This document shows, piece by piece, positions 20,466 through 29,947 of a stretch of 64,000 nt of DNA (within the stretch, counting starts at the first letter, position 1; each line of letters opens with the position of its first letter). Source of the stretch: Candidatus Sericytochromatia bacterium. Lineage in GTDB: Bacteria > Cyanobacteriota > Sericytochromatia > UBA7694 > JACMQJ01. The notes under the pieces were generated by a model. It did no database searches, had not been told where the DNA came from, and saw only the letters and a list, made by a program, of their open reading frames with translations. The position numbers and the translations under genes are program-made. The stretch spans positions 59,613 to 123,612 of the forward strand of contig JAXLXG010000009.1 in assembly GCA_046328075.1 (NCBI GenBank), in the 5' to 3' direction.

Positions 20466-22514
20466 ATGAATAATAAAGATATAAAAGCACCAATAGCTAA
20501 AACTATTCCTTTTGAAATAAATTATCATGGTGAAGTTTATAAAGATGAATATGCTTGGTTAAAAGAAAAAACAAATCCAGAAGTAATATCTTATCTTGAA
20601 GAAGAAAATAAACACCTTGAAACATTAATGGCTCATACAAAAGAGCTTCAAGAAAATCTATATAAAGAAATGGTTGGACGTATTCAAGAAACTGATATGA
20701 ATGTTCCTGAAAAACTAGGCGAATACTATTATTATTCAAGAACAGAAGAAGGCAAACAATATAGGATTCATTGTAGAAAAAAAGAAAATAGTAATGAGGA
20801 AATTCTGCTTGATTTAAATGAAATCGGAAAAGGTTTTGATTATATAAGTTTAGGTGCTTATAGAGTAAGCCAAGATAATAATTATTTAGCTTATTCTATT
20901 GATACAGATGGTTCAGAAAGCTATACATTAAAAATAAAAGACTTAAAAACAGGTCAACATTTAAAAGATGAAATTAAAGATTCTTCTAGTGTTGAATGGA
21001 CTAATGATAATAAAACAATTTTATATTCTGTATTAGATGAAGCTAAAAGACCATATAAAGCTTTTAGACATAATTTAGGAGAAGAACTTGTTGAGGATGA
21101 ATTAATTTATCATGAGCCTGATGAAGCTTTTTATGTAAATATTTCAAAGACAAATGATTTAAAATATTTCTTAGTTACAATGGTTAGTCAAACAACATCA
21201 GAAGTTTATTATATGAAAGCTGATAGTTCTGATAATCATTTAAAATTAGTTACTCCAAGAGTAAAAGATACAGAATATTACCTAGAACATTACAATGATA
21301 TTTTTTATATAATCACAAATTATCAAAATTCTCACAATTTTAAGGTTATGACTGTTAATGAGTCTAATCCTCAAAAAGCAGATTGGAAAGATTTTATTCC
21401 CCATAGAGAAGATGTTCGTGTTGAGTATATTCATGTATTAAAAGACTTTTTGATTATATATGAAAGATCAAATGGTTTAAAACATATTAGAGTAAAATCA
21501 AATCATACAAGTAATGATTATTATATAGAATTTCCAGAACCTGTATACACTTTTCATGCAGGTAAAAATAGAGATTATGAATCCCATATTTTAAGATATC
21601 ATTACACTTCATTGGTAAATCCCGAATCTGTTTATGATTTTGATTTAAAAAATAAAAAAGCAGAGCTTAAAAAAAGATATGATGTATTAGGTGGATATAA
21701 CCCTGAAAATTATGTGTCTGAAAGAGTCTTTGCAACATCTCATGATGGTACACAAGTGCCTATTTCTATTATGTATAAAAAAGGAACTATTTTAGATGGT
21801 TCTAACCCATTATATTTATATGGATATGGTTCTTATGAAATTTGTATAGAACCAAACTTTTCATCAAATCGTTTGAGCTTAATTGATAGAGGATTTATCT
21901 TTGCTATGGCTCATATTAGAGGTGGTGGAGAAATGGGAAGAGAATGGTATGAAAACGGTAAATTTTTAAAGAAAAAAAATACATTTAAAGATTTTATTGC
22001 ATGTGCAGAGCATTTAATAAATAATAAATATACTTCTAAAGATAAACTTGTAATAATGGGTGGAAGTGCAGGTGGTCTTTTAATGGGTGCTGTTACCAAT
22101 ATGCGTCCAGACTTATTTAAAGTTGTTGTTTCTCATGTCCCTTTTGTGGATGTAATAAATACAATGATGGATGCGTCTTTACCACTTACTGTAATTGAAT
22201 ATGATGAGTGGGGAAATCCTAACAATAAAGAGTATTTTGATTATATGAAATCTTATTCACCTTATGATAATATTCAACAAACAGATTATCCAAATATGTT
22301 TGTTGCTGGTGGTTTGAATGATCCTCGTGTTGGTTATTGGGAACCAGCAAAGCTTGTAGCAAGATTAAGAACTATGAAAACAGATAATAATATTCTTGTT
22401 CTTAAAACGAATATGGGAGCAGGTCATGGAGGGGCTTCAGGAAGATATGATCATCTAAAAGAAATTGCAGAAGAATATGCTTTTATACTTGATATTTTTG
22501 ATATAAAAAAATAA
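20466..22514 (+). CDS. ptrB: Oligopeptidase B (S9A prolyl-oligopeptidase family)
   Basis: 682 aa with an N-terminal beta-propeller and a C-terminal alpha/beta hydrolase carrying GGSAGGLLMG (catalytic Ser), plus Asp/His further downstream. Confidence 0.9.
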   Translation: MNNKDIKAPIAKTIPFEINYHGEVYKDEYAWLKEKTNPEVISYLEEENKHLETLMAHTKELQENLYKEMVGRIQETDMNVPEKLGEYYYYSRTEEGKQYRIHCRKKENSNEEILLDLNEIGKGFDYISLGAYRVSQDNNYLAYSIDTDGSESYTLKIKDLKTGQHLKDEIKDSSSVEWTNDNKTILYSVLDEAKRPYKAFRHNLGEELVEDELIYHEPDEAFYVNISKTNDLKYFLVTMVSQTTSEVYYMKADSSDNHLKLVTPRVKDTEYYLEHYNDIFYIITNYQNSHNFKVMTVNESNPQKADWKDFIPHREDVRVEYIHVLKDFLIIYERSNGLKHIRVKSNHTSNDYYIEFPEPVYTFHAGKNRDYESHILRYHYTSLVNPESVYDFDLKNKKAELKKRYDVLGGYNPENYVSERVFATSHDGTQVPISIMYKKGTILDGSNPLYLYGYGSYEICIEPNFSSNRLSLIDRGFIFAMAHIRGGGEMGREWYENGKFLKKKNTFKDFIACAEHLINNKYTSKDKLVIMGGSAGGLLMGAVTNMRPDLFKVVVSHVPFVDVINTMMDASLPLTVIEYDEWGNPNNKEYFDYMKSYSPYDNIQQTDYPNMFVAGGLNDPRVGYWEPAKLVARLRTMKTDNNILVLKTNMGAGHGGASGRYDHLKEIAEEYAFILDIFDIKK

Positions 22515-22524
22515 ACTATTTTAG

Positions 22525-23610
22525 ATGACTACTTCTCCTCTTAAAATAAAAAAATATATGAAAAAAAGATCTGTTAAATCAGGTCTTGCTCCTGGTTCAC
22601 TTGTTCATGTAGGAGAACATTTTAGAGAAAAAGTAAAAATAGAGCTTATCGATTATAGTAAGACTAATTGTGAAGTAAAACATCTAAAAAGTATTGAAGA
22701 AGGTCTTAAATTTAAAGATGTTGGTAATGTTGCATGGATTGATGTGGAAGGAGTTCATGATCCTGATGTTATAAAATGTATTGGACAGTACTTTGGTTCT
22801 CATCAATTAATACTTGAGGATATGCTTAATACAGATCAGCGTCCTAAAATTGAAGTTCACAATGATTTTATTTTTATTGTATTAAAAATGCTTTCATATA
22901 ACGAAAAGAGTTTTGAGGTAGAAACAGAACAAGTAAGTATTATTTTTGGAAAACACTTTTTAATCTCTCTTCAAGAGGGTAAAGATGGTGATGTATTTGA
23001 TCCTGTAAGAGAAAGAATCAAAAAAGGGACAAAAATAAGAGAAAAAGGAACTGATTATCTAGCTTATTGTTTAATAGATGTAATTATTGATAATTATTTT
23101 TTGATTCTTGAAAAAATAGGTGATAAAATGGAAGATCTTGATAATAAACTATTAAATAACCCAACACCTCAAGTTTTACAAGATATCTATTCTTTAAAAA
23201 GGGAAATAATTTTTCTTAGAAAAACAATTTGGCCTATGCGTGAATTAGTTGGAAAATTTGAAAGAGAGGATTCACAATTAATAAATGATGGTACCAGAAA
23301 GTATTTAAGAGATGCTTATGAACATGTAATACAGATAATTGATAATGAAGAAACTTTTAGAGATATGATTTCAGGAATGATGGATTTATATCTTTCTGTA
23401 TTAAGCAATAAAATGAATGAGATAATGAAAGTATTATCGATTATAGGTACTATATTTATTCCTTTAACATTTATAGCAGGTGTTTATGGTATGAATTTTG
23501 AGTATATGCCTGAATTAAAATCTCATTATGGGTATTTTGGCGTATGGGTTGTAATGATTGCAATAGCATTGATAATGTTAGGATTTTTCAAGAAAAATAA
23601 ATGGATTTAA
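22525..23610 (+). CDS. corA: Magnesium/cobalt transporter CorA
   Basis: YGMNF (GMN) motif before two C-terminal TM helices. The actual start may be ATG 22558. Confidence 0.9.
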   Translation: MTTSPLKIKKYMKKRSVKSGLAPGSLVHVGEHFREKVKIELIDYSKTNCEVKHLKSIEEGLKFKDVGNVAWIDVEGVHDPDVIKCIGQYFGSHQLILEDMLNTDQRPKIEVHNDFIFIVLKMLSYNEKSFEVETEQVSIIFGKHFLISLQEGKDGDVFDPVRERIKKGTKIREKGTDYLAYCLIDVIIDNYFLILEKIGDKMEDLDNKLLNNPTPQVLQDIYSLKREIIFLRKTIWPMRELVGKFEREDSQLINDGTRKYLRDAYEHVIQIIDNEETFRDMISGMMDLYLSVLSNKMNEIMKVLSIIGTIFIPLTFIAGVYGMNFEYMPELKSHYGYFGVWVVMIAIALIMLGFFKKNKWI

Positions 23611-23628
23611 AAAACTAATAAAAAATTA

Positions 23629-24150
23629 TTACTTTAATCCAGATCTTAATTTATTAGTTTTTTTTGTTGTACATATAATAGATTTACAATTAAGAGATTT
23701 ACTTGTTTTTGAAAACTGTCCAACAATATTATTATTAATGTTTTTTATAATAACATCATATGGTGTTTTTTGTGAGTTAAATGAAACAGATGATTTATAA
23801 AAGTTTATAAGAACATTTGAATCATTATCAACTGTTTCATAAATTTCTGCATTATTATCAACTATAATTTCTGTATCTGAATTAATTATTATTCCCATAT
23901 TAGCTGTAACACCAGAATCAAAACTAAAATCCAATAAATTCTGTGATGATGACAGATTTGTAACATAATCTTTAGATTGATTAAAAACCTCAGAAAAACT
24001 CAAAGCACCATTTATTTTTGATTTTATAATATTTATATTTTTAGGTGTTAGATTATCTGATAAAACATAACCAGAATTATTATTTCCACAAGATATTATA
24101 AAAAAAATAGTGCTAGATAAAACTAAATTTTTTACAATTTTTCTATTCAT
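23629..24150 (-). CDS. Hypothetical lipoprotein
   Basis: Signal peptide with lipobox (FIISCG); rich in N/S/I. Confidence 0.45.
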   Translation of the reverse strand: MNRKIVKNLVLSSTIFFIISCGNNNSGYVLSDNLTPKNINIIKSKINGALSFSEVFNQSKDYVTNLSSSQNLLDFSFDSGVTANMGIIINSDTEIIVDNNAEIYETVDNDSNVLINFYKSSVSFNSQKTPYDVIIKNINNNIVGQFSKTSKSLNCKSIICTTKKTNKLRSGLK

Positions 24151-24447
24151 TAAAATTTCCTAATATTTTATAAACTAAATTTACTTAATTTGATATTATA
24201 ATGTTATTTTTTATCATTTTAGGGTGATTTTAAGGGTGATTTTATAAACTAACATCTAACTAATTTATCTTTATCAGAATCAATTTCAATTATTTTTTCT
24301 TAATATTTTATTTATCTGTCATCTGAGTTAAAATTGTGCTATGTTTACTAAATTATTTTATGTTGTGATTAAAGTAATAAATTTTGTTCAATTTTTAAAA
24401 CATAAAAGAATAATAAAACAAAAATTTTAAATAAATTAAAATAATAA

Positions 24448-26853
24448 ATGAAATTAAATGATAAACAAATTGAAGCAATAGAACATGTAAATGGTGCTTT
24501 ATTAATACTTGCTGGTGCAGGTAGTGGAAAAACAAGAGTTTTAACAGAAAGAATTGCAAATCTAATATCAAAAGAACACATAGCCCCATATAATATCTTA
24601 GCTGTAACTTTTACGAATAAAGCTGCAAAGGAAATGAAAGAAAGAATATCAAAAAGAATTGGAGAAGAATATTCTAAAAATATTTGGTTAGGTACATTTC
24701 ACTCTATTTGTAGTAGAATTTTAAGAAAAGATATACATCTAATTGGAAGAACATCTAATTTTGTTATTTATGATAATTCAGACCAAACAAAGATAATAAC
24801 AGAAGCTATAAAAAAACTAAATCTTGATGAAAAAAGTTTTCAAGCAAGTAAAATGCTAAGTTCTATAAGTAAAGCTAAAAGTAATGGTCTTTCTGCTGAT
24901 GATTATTTAAGAAAACATTTAACCTATGCAGAACAAAAAATAGGTGAAATATACTTAATATACGATGAAACTCTAAGAAAAAATAATGCCCTTGATTTTG
25001 ATGATATGTTATTTTATGTCGTAAAAATACTTAAAGAAAATCCTGAAACATTACATTATTATCAAAAAAAATTTAGATATATTATGGTTGATGAATATCA
25101 GGATACAAATTTAATTCAATATGAACTAATAAGATTACTTGGTGATATGTATCAAAATATTTGTGTTGTTGGAGATGTGGATCAAAGTATATATTCATTT
25201 AGAAATGCTGATTTTAGGATAATACTAAATTTTCAAAAAGATTATCAAAATACTAAAGTTATTAAGCTTGAAAAAAATTATCGTTCTACACAAAAAATCT
25301 TAACAGTTTCTAATGAAGTAATAGAAGAGAATAAAGAAAGATTTCCCAAAATACTAAGTACAGATAATGAAAAAGGTGAAAATATTTGTATTTATGAGTT
25401 AAATAACGAAGAAGAAGAAGTAATATTTGTAATGGGACAAATAGAAAATCTTGTGGAAAATAAAGGTTATAACTATTCTGATTTTACCATTTTATACAGA
25501 ACTAACTCTCAATCACGTATTTTAGAAGAATATTTTGTTAGAAATAATATTCCACATCAAGTTTTAGGTGGTTTTAGATTTTTTGAAAGAAAAGAAATTA
25601 AAGATTTACTCAGTTATCTAAAAGTTATATTTAATCCAAATGATGCAATAAATTTAACAAGAATAATAAATATACCAAAACGTGGTATTGGTAGTACTAC
25701 AATAGAAAAATTAAATAAAACTGCTCAAGATTTTAATATGTCATTATGGGACATACTTAATTTTCAAAACTTTGAAAATATAAGCCCAAATACTCAAAAA
25801 TCAATTAGAACTTTTGTAGAGTTAATGAATAATTTAATATATGAAAGTCAGAATGTATCTGTATCAAGGCTTATAAAAACTATTATAGAAGAAACAGGTT
25901 ATTTAGAAGAATTACAAAAAGATGATGCAAAATCAGAAGATGAAAAATCAAGAGTTGATAATGTTTATCAATTAATAAATTCAGCGATTAATTTTGAAAC
26001 AGATTCTGATGATGTTTCTTTAGAAGCTTATTTAAATTATATTTCTTTAATTTCTGATGTTGATTCTATGGAAGGCGAGTCAAGTAATAAAGTAAAATTA
26101 ATGACTATACATACTTCAAAAGGCTTAGAATTTCCTGTTGTTTTTATTACAGGTGTTGCAGAAGGTTTATTTCCTCATTTTAATTCACAAAAAAATAATG
26201 AAGTAGAAGAAGAAAGAAGATTAATGTATGTTGCTATGACTAGAGCTAAAAAACTTCTTTATTTAACATTTGCAAAAGAAAGAATGCAATATGGCTCTTA
26301 TCAAAATTATACAGCATCAAGATTTATATCTGAAATTAAATCTGATCATATTGTTAACTGTTATAAGAGTTTAGAACAAAGAAATAGAGGTTTTTTAAAT
26401 ACTCGTTTAAGATTTATCGAAAAGAATTTATCAGATTATACTAATGAAACAAAAAGAAGAAATATGGGGATTACAGATTATAATGACCCTTATGAATATA
26501 GACAGAATCAGTATAAACAAAGTTCATCATTAAAAAAACAAGAGAGAAGATATGAAGAACCTTTTACTCAAGTAGACCAAGACTTTTATCCTACAATACA
26601 AAAATCAAAGCCTAAAAAACTTGATAATATTGCAATTCAAGCATCTTTAGAAAAAAGATATTCTGGTCAAGATTCTCAAACAAATACAAAAGATTACTTT
26701 GAAGGTCAAAAAGTAAGAACAGCTAAATGGGGTAAAGGTAAAATTACAAAAATAATGAAAAATAATCAAAAAACAATACTTATAATAAATTTTGAAAGTG
26801 TTGGTGGAAGTAAAATTATAGATCCTAACCTTACAATTGTAGAACCAGATTAA
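24448..26853 (+). CDS. uvrD: UvrD/PcrA-family ATP-dependent DNA helicase with an extended C-terminal tail
   Basis: Walker A AGAGSGKT, motifs through TIHTSKGLEFPVVF, and a ~150-aa C-terminal extension ending in a KOW/Tudor-like GQKVRTAKWGKGKI segment. Confidence 0.9.
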   Translation: MKLNDKQIEAIEHVNGALLILAGAGSGKTRVLTERIANLISKEHIAPYNILAVTFTNKAAKEMKERISKRIGEEYSKNIWLGTFHSICSRILRKDIHLIGRTSNFVIYDNSDQTKIITEAIKKLNLDEKSFQASKMLSSISKAKSNGLSADDYLRKHLTYAEQKIGEIYLIYDETLRKNNALDFDDMLFYVVKILKENPETLHYYQKKFRYIMVDEYQDTNLIQYELIRLLGDMYQNICVVGDVDQSIYSFRNADFRIILNFQKDYQNTKVIKLEKNYRSTQKILTVSNEVIEENKERFPKILSTDNEKGENICIYELNNEEEEVIFVMGQIENLVENKGYNYSDFTILYRTNSQSRILEEYFVRNNIPHQVLGGFRFFERKEIKDLLSYLKVIFNPNDAINLTRIINIPKRGIGSTTIEKLNKTAQDFNMSLWDILNFQNFENISPNTQKSIRTFVELMNNLIYESQNVSVSRLIKTIIEETGYLEELQKDDAKSEDEKSRVDNVYQLINSAINFETDSDDVSLEAYLNYISLISDVDSMEGESSNKVKLMTIHTSKGLEFPVVFITGVAEGLFPHFNSQKNNEVEEERRLMYVAMTRAKKLLYLTFAKERMQYGSYQNYTASRFISEIKSDHIVNCYKSLEQRNRGFLNTRLRFIEKNLSDYTNETKRRNMGITDYNDPYEYRQNQYKQSSSLKKQERRYEEPFTQVDQDFYPTIQKSKPKKLDNIAIQASLEKRYSGQDSQTNTKDYFEGQKVRTAKWGKGKITKIMKNNQKTILIINFESVGGSKIIDPNLTIVEPD

Positions 26854-27389
26854 AGATAATTTTTTATAGCTAATCCTATAAGGATTAAACCACCAAATAT
26901 TTCAGATCTTTTACCAAATTTCTCACCAATAAGGTTTCCAGAGAAACCTCCAATTAATGCCATAATTAAAGATACTAATCCAACTAAAATACTTGTAATA
27001 AAAAAACTTTCTTTTGAAGTTGTAAATGAAATACCAGCAGCAAAAGCATCAATACTTGTTGCAACTGATAACAGTAAATATTCTTTTATATTAGTTACTT
27101 TAATTTCTTCTTCTTCATCTTCAAGACCTTCTTTAATCATCTTTACTCCTATAAATGCAAGTAAAATAGATGCAACAATAGTTGCAAAATTACTATATAA
27201 GGAAAAAATTAAGGAACCTGTATAAAAGCCAAAAACAAACATCATTGCTTGAAATAATCCAAAAAGTAAAGCTAATATAAGAACAGCTTTAGTATCTTTA
27301 TTATTTTTTATACCTTGTGAAATTGATATAGCAAAACAATCTAATGATAAGCTAAAAGCTAAAAGAAATGGTTGTAATAAGTTCATCAA
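26850..27389 (-). CDS. mntP: Manganese efflux pump MntP (DUF204)
   Basis: 179 aa with 6 TM segments and an internal duplication (LSLDCFAISIS / SIDAFAAGISF) characteristic of MntP. Its stop overlaps the uvrD stop by 4 nt. Confidence 0.75.
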   Translation of the reverse strand: MMNLLQPFLLAFSLSLDCFAISISQGIKNNKDTKAVLILALLFGLFQAMMFVFGFYTGSLIFSLYSNFATIVASILLAFIGVKMIKEGLEDEEEEIKVTNIKEYLLLSVATSIDAFAAGISFTTSKESFFITSILVGLVSLIMALIGGFSGNLIGEKFGKRSEIFGGLILIGLAIKNYL

Positions 27390-27524
27390 TAACCCTAAAC
27401 AAAATATAAATCAGGTATATATTAACTATGAACACTCTAATTAGTATATTTAAGTAATAAAATTTATAATTTAATTATTAGCTAATATAATTATGTATCT
27501 ATGTATAAAATTTTATGTTTTAGT

Positions 27525-28548
27525 ATGGCTTTGTTGCATGATTTAAAAAAGGTCTATACAAGATAAGAAAAATCTATTACCTTGTATAGAATGAAAAAAT
27601 CAAGATATATAATAACAAATTGGTCAGAGTATAACAAATCTCTAAAGAATAGAGGTAGGTTCAATTTTTGGTTTACAGAAGATATAGAGAAATACTGGTA
27701 TGATGCTACAGGAGAGAGTTATTACTCAGATATAGCAATAGAATTCTGTTTAACAATAATGTCAATTTATCATCTAAAATTAAGGAGTGTTCAAGGCTTT
27801 CTAGAATCAATATTTAAGATTTCAAAAATATATTTAGAAGTTCCAGATTATTCAACAATTTGTCGTAGGAGACAAAAACTTAATTGTAATTTAGGAAAAG
27901 TTAGTTCATCAGATAATATTCATGTAGCAGTGGATTCAACAGGAATCAAGATATATGGGGAATGTGAGTGGAAAGTGAAGATGCATGATTTTTCAAAAAG
28001 GAGAACATGGAGAAAGCTTCATATAGGAGTGAATGAATCAACAGGAGAGATATTAAGCACTAAAGTAACAAGCTCATCAATAGTAGATAGTGCAATGTTT
28101 GAAGAAGTATTATCAGATATAAAGTCATCAATAAGATGTGTATCAGCAGATAAGGGTTATGATAAGAGAAAATGCTATGATATATTAATAGAAAAAGGAA
28201 TAAAGCCTATTATTGATATAGTGGACAATGCAGTTTATTGGTCTATTAATCACCCAAGAAATGAGAATCTATATTTTATAAAGACTTATGATAAAGAGAC
28301 TTGGAAACAGAATTCTGAATATCATAGAAGGAGCATATCTGAGAATGTATTTTTTAGGTATAAAACTATATTTGGAGAGAGTCTTAAATCTCGTAAATTT
28401 GAGTCACAAACAAATGATATTATTATTCGATGTAAAATGTTAAATAAAATGTTTCAGAATTGTAAACCCATATCTGTTAAGATTTGTTAAGATAATCAAA
28501 ATTAAAGGACAAACTCTTTCTATATTTTATTCATGCAACAAAGTCCAT
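27525..28548 (+). mobile_element. IS5-family insertion sequence (~1.0 kb)
   Basis: Terminal inverted repeats (AT)GGCTTTGTTGCATGA at 27525-27541 and TCATGCAACAAAGTCC(AT) at 28531-28548, 15/16 matching. They enclose a single DDE_Tnp_1-type transposase gene. Confidence 0.7.
27582..28490 (+). CDS. IS5-family DDE transposase
   Basis: 302 aa. The N-terminus ITNWSEYNKSLKNRG...W is the IS5-group signature. The start codon sits inside a hairpin (TCTATACAAG..CTTGTATAGA). Confidence 0.8.
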   Translation: MYRMKKSRYIITNWSEYNKSLKNRGRFNFWFTEDIEKYWYDATGESYYSDIAIEFCLTIMSIYHLKLRSVQGFLESIFKISKIYLEVPDYSTICRRRQKLNCNLGKVSSSDNIHVAVDSTGIKIYGECEWKVKMHDFSKRRTWRKLHIGVNESTGEILSTKVTSSSIVDSAMFEEVLSDIKSSIRCVSADKGYDKRKCYDILIEKGIKPIIDIVDNAVYWSINHPRNENLYFIKTYDKETWKQNSEYHRRSISENVFFRYKTIFGESLKSRKFESQTNDIIIRCKMLNKMFQNCKPISVKIC

Positions 28549-28750
28549 TAATAGAGTAAATGAATCAATAAGAGATCATGGACAAGCTAGAGATATAATA
28601 TTTGATTTAAGAAATACAAAAATAACAAGTCAAGAGGCACAAAACGCTGCATTATCATCACTAACACAATCTCAGAAATCAAGAGATTCATTAGATAGTA
28701 TAAGAGTATTTTCTAACAATTACGATATTATAGTTAATCAACCAAAATAA
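28547..28750 (+). pseudogene. Start-less ORF remnant (68 codons, no in-frame ATG) abutting the IS5 right end
   Basis: An open frame ..INRVNESIRDHGQARDIIFDLRNTKITSQEAQNAALSSLTQSQ..NQPK* runs from the IS boundary to a TAA at 28748. A stop-free run of that length is unlikely by chance in ~72% AT DNA. No start codon is present. Confidence 0.35.
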
Positions 28751-28765
28751 AGGTGCATTAAGTTT

Positions 28766-29218
28766 ATGAGTATTAGTATTTCATTCTTTTTTAATTCAAA
28801 AAATATTTTGTCTATTAATGATATTGCAAACTTTCTTATTAAAAATATGAGTTTAAGATTTGAAAATATAGATTCAAATACTTGGATTTGTGATTTTTAT
28901 TCTTGCCATTTAACTTTAGCAGATAATCATGGATTTGTAAATGATATGGAAATAGACTTTGAGAAATATAAATTTATGATTAGTTTAAAAATTTGGTCAT
29001 ATAATTTACACTTATATGATTTAATTATCAATGAAATGATAAATTTATCAGTATTTTTATGCTTATCATTTAAACTTAATGGAATTTTTATATATAATAC
29101 TGAACAACTTTTGTCTCATATAGAGTTAAGAGATAATAATTTAATTGATTTAAGAACAAACAAAAATTTATCTATATTAGAATTGATTAATAATATATTT
29201 TTACTTTTGAATCAATAA
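28766..29218 (+). CDS. Hypothetical protein (150 aa)
   Basis: ORF starting 16 nt after the remnant. No recognisable domain; hydrophobic centre. Confidence 0.4.
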   Translation: MSISISFFFNSKNILSINDIANFLIKNMSLRFENIDSNTWICDFYSCHLTLADNHGFVNDMEIDFEKYKFMISLKIWSYNLHLYDLIINEMINLSVFLCLSFKLNGIFIYNTEQLLSHIELRDNNLIDLRTNKNLSILELINNIFLLLNQ

Positions 29219-29274
29219 TAATTGATTTTATTATAAACTTAGTATCTTAGAATGTAACATATTTAGATACAAAG

Positions 29275-29830
29275 ATGCCAAATGGTAGTCTTTTTACATA
29301 TAATCCAATGTCAAAAGTAGTTCTTAGAAAGAATAATGAGATATATGTATTAAATCAATCAAATGGGGAGGTATTACAATTAACAAGTAATACTTTAGAA
29401 GACTCAAGTCCAATAATAACAAAAGATAGTAGTAAAGTAGTTTATGTAGAGAAAGATACATCAGGTAAGAGGGATATATATCTAATAAACTCAAATGGAA
29501 CAGATAATGTAAAGTTAACAGATGATACAAGAGATAATTATGAACCAATGTTATCAGATGATGGAACAAAAATAATATATACCTCAAAAGATGGAGCTTT
29601 TAGTAATATATATGTAATGAATCTTGATGGGACAAATAAGTTAAATTTAACAAATCAAACAGATAAGATAAATAAAGAAGCAAGTACATTTTCTAATAAA
29701 ATAGTTTATGTATCAAATGATGAGATTTATCAAACTGTAGTTTACCCACGTTTTTTTCTCCAAATGGGACAAAGATAGGAATATTATCAGTTTAGAAGGT
29801 TTAAATAACTATTATATATTTTTGATTAGT
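29275..29830 (+). pseudogene. Truncated, frameshifted TolB-like PD40 beta-propeller repeat gene
   Basis: PD40 repeat motifs (DxxPxxSxDGtKIvY.S..G...IY). The frame breaks in a T7 run at ~29750; the +1 frame continues ..SPNGTKIGILSV*. The product is far shorter than TolB-like proteins. Confidence 0.5.
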
Positions 29831-29947
29831 ATTATAGTTTTTTAAAATTCATACTAATTTCTTAAAATTAATTAACTTAATCTTAACCTTTTCATAAAAA
29901 TTAAATATAATATTATCTTGTACTTGTAATTTTTAGGTTTTTTAAAT

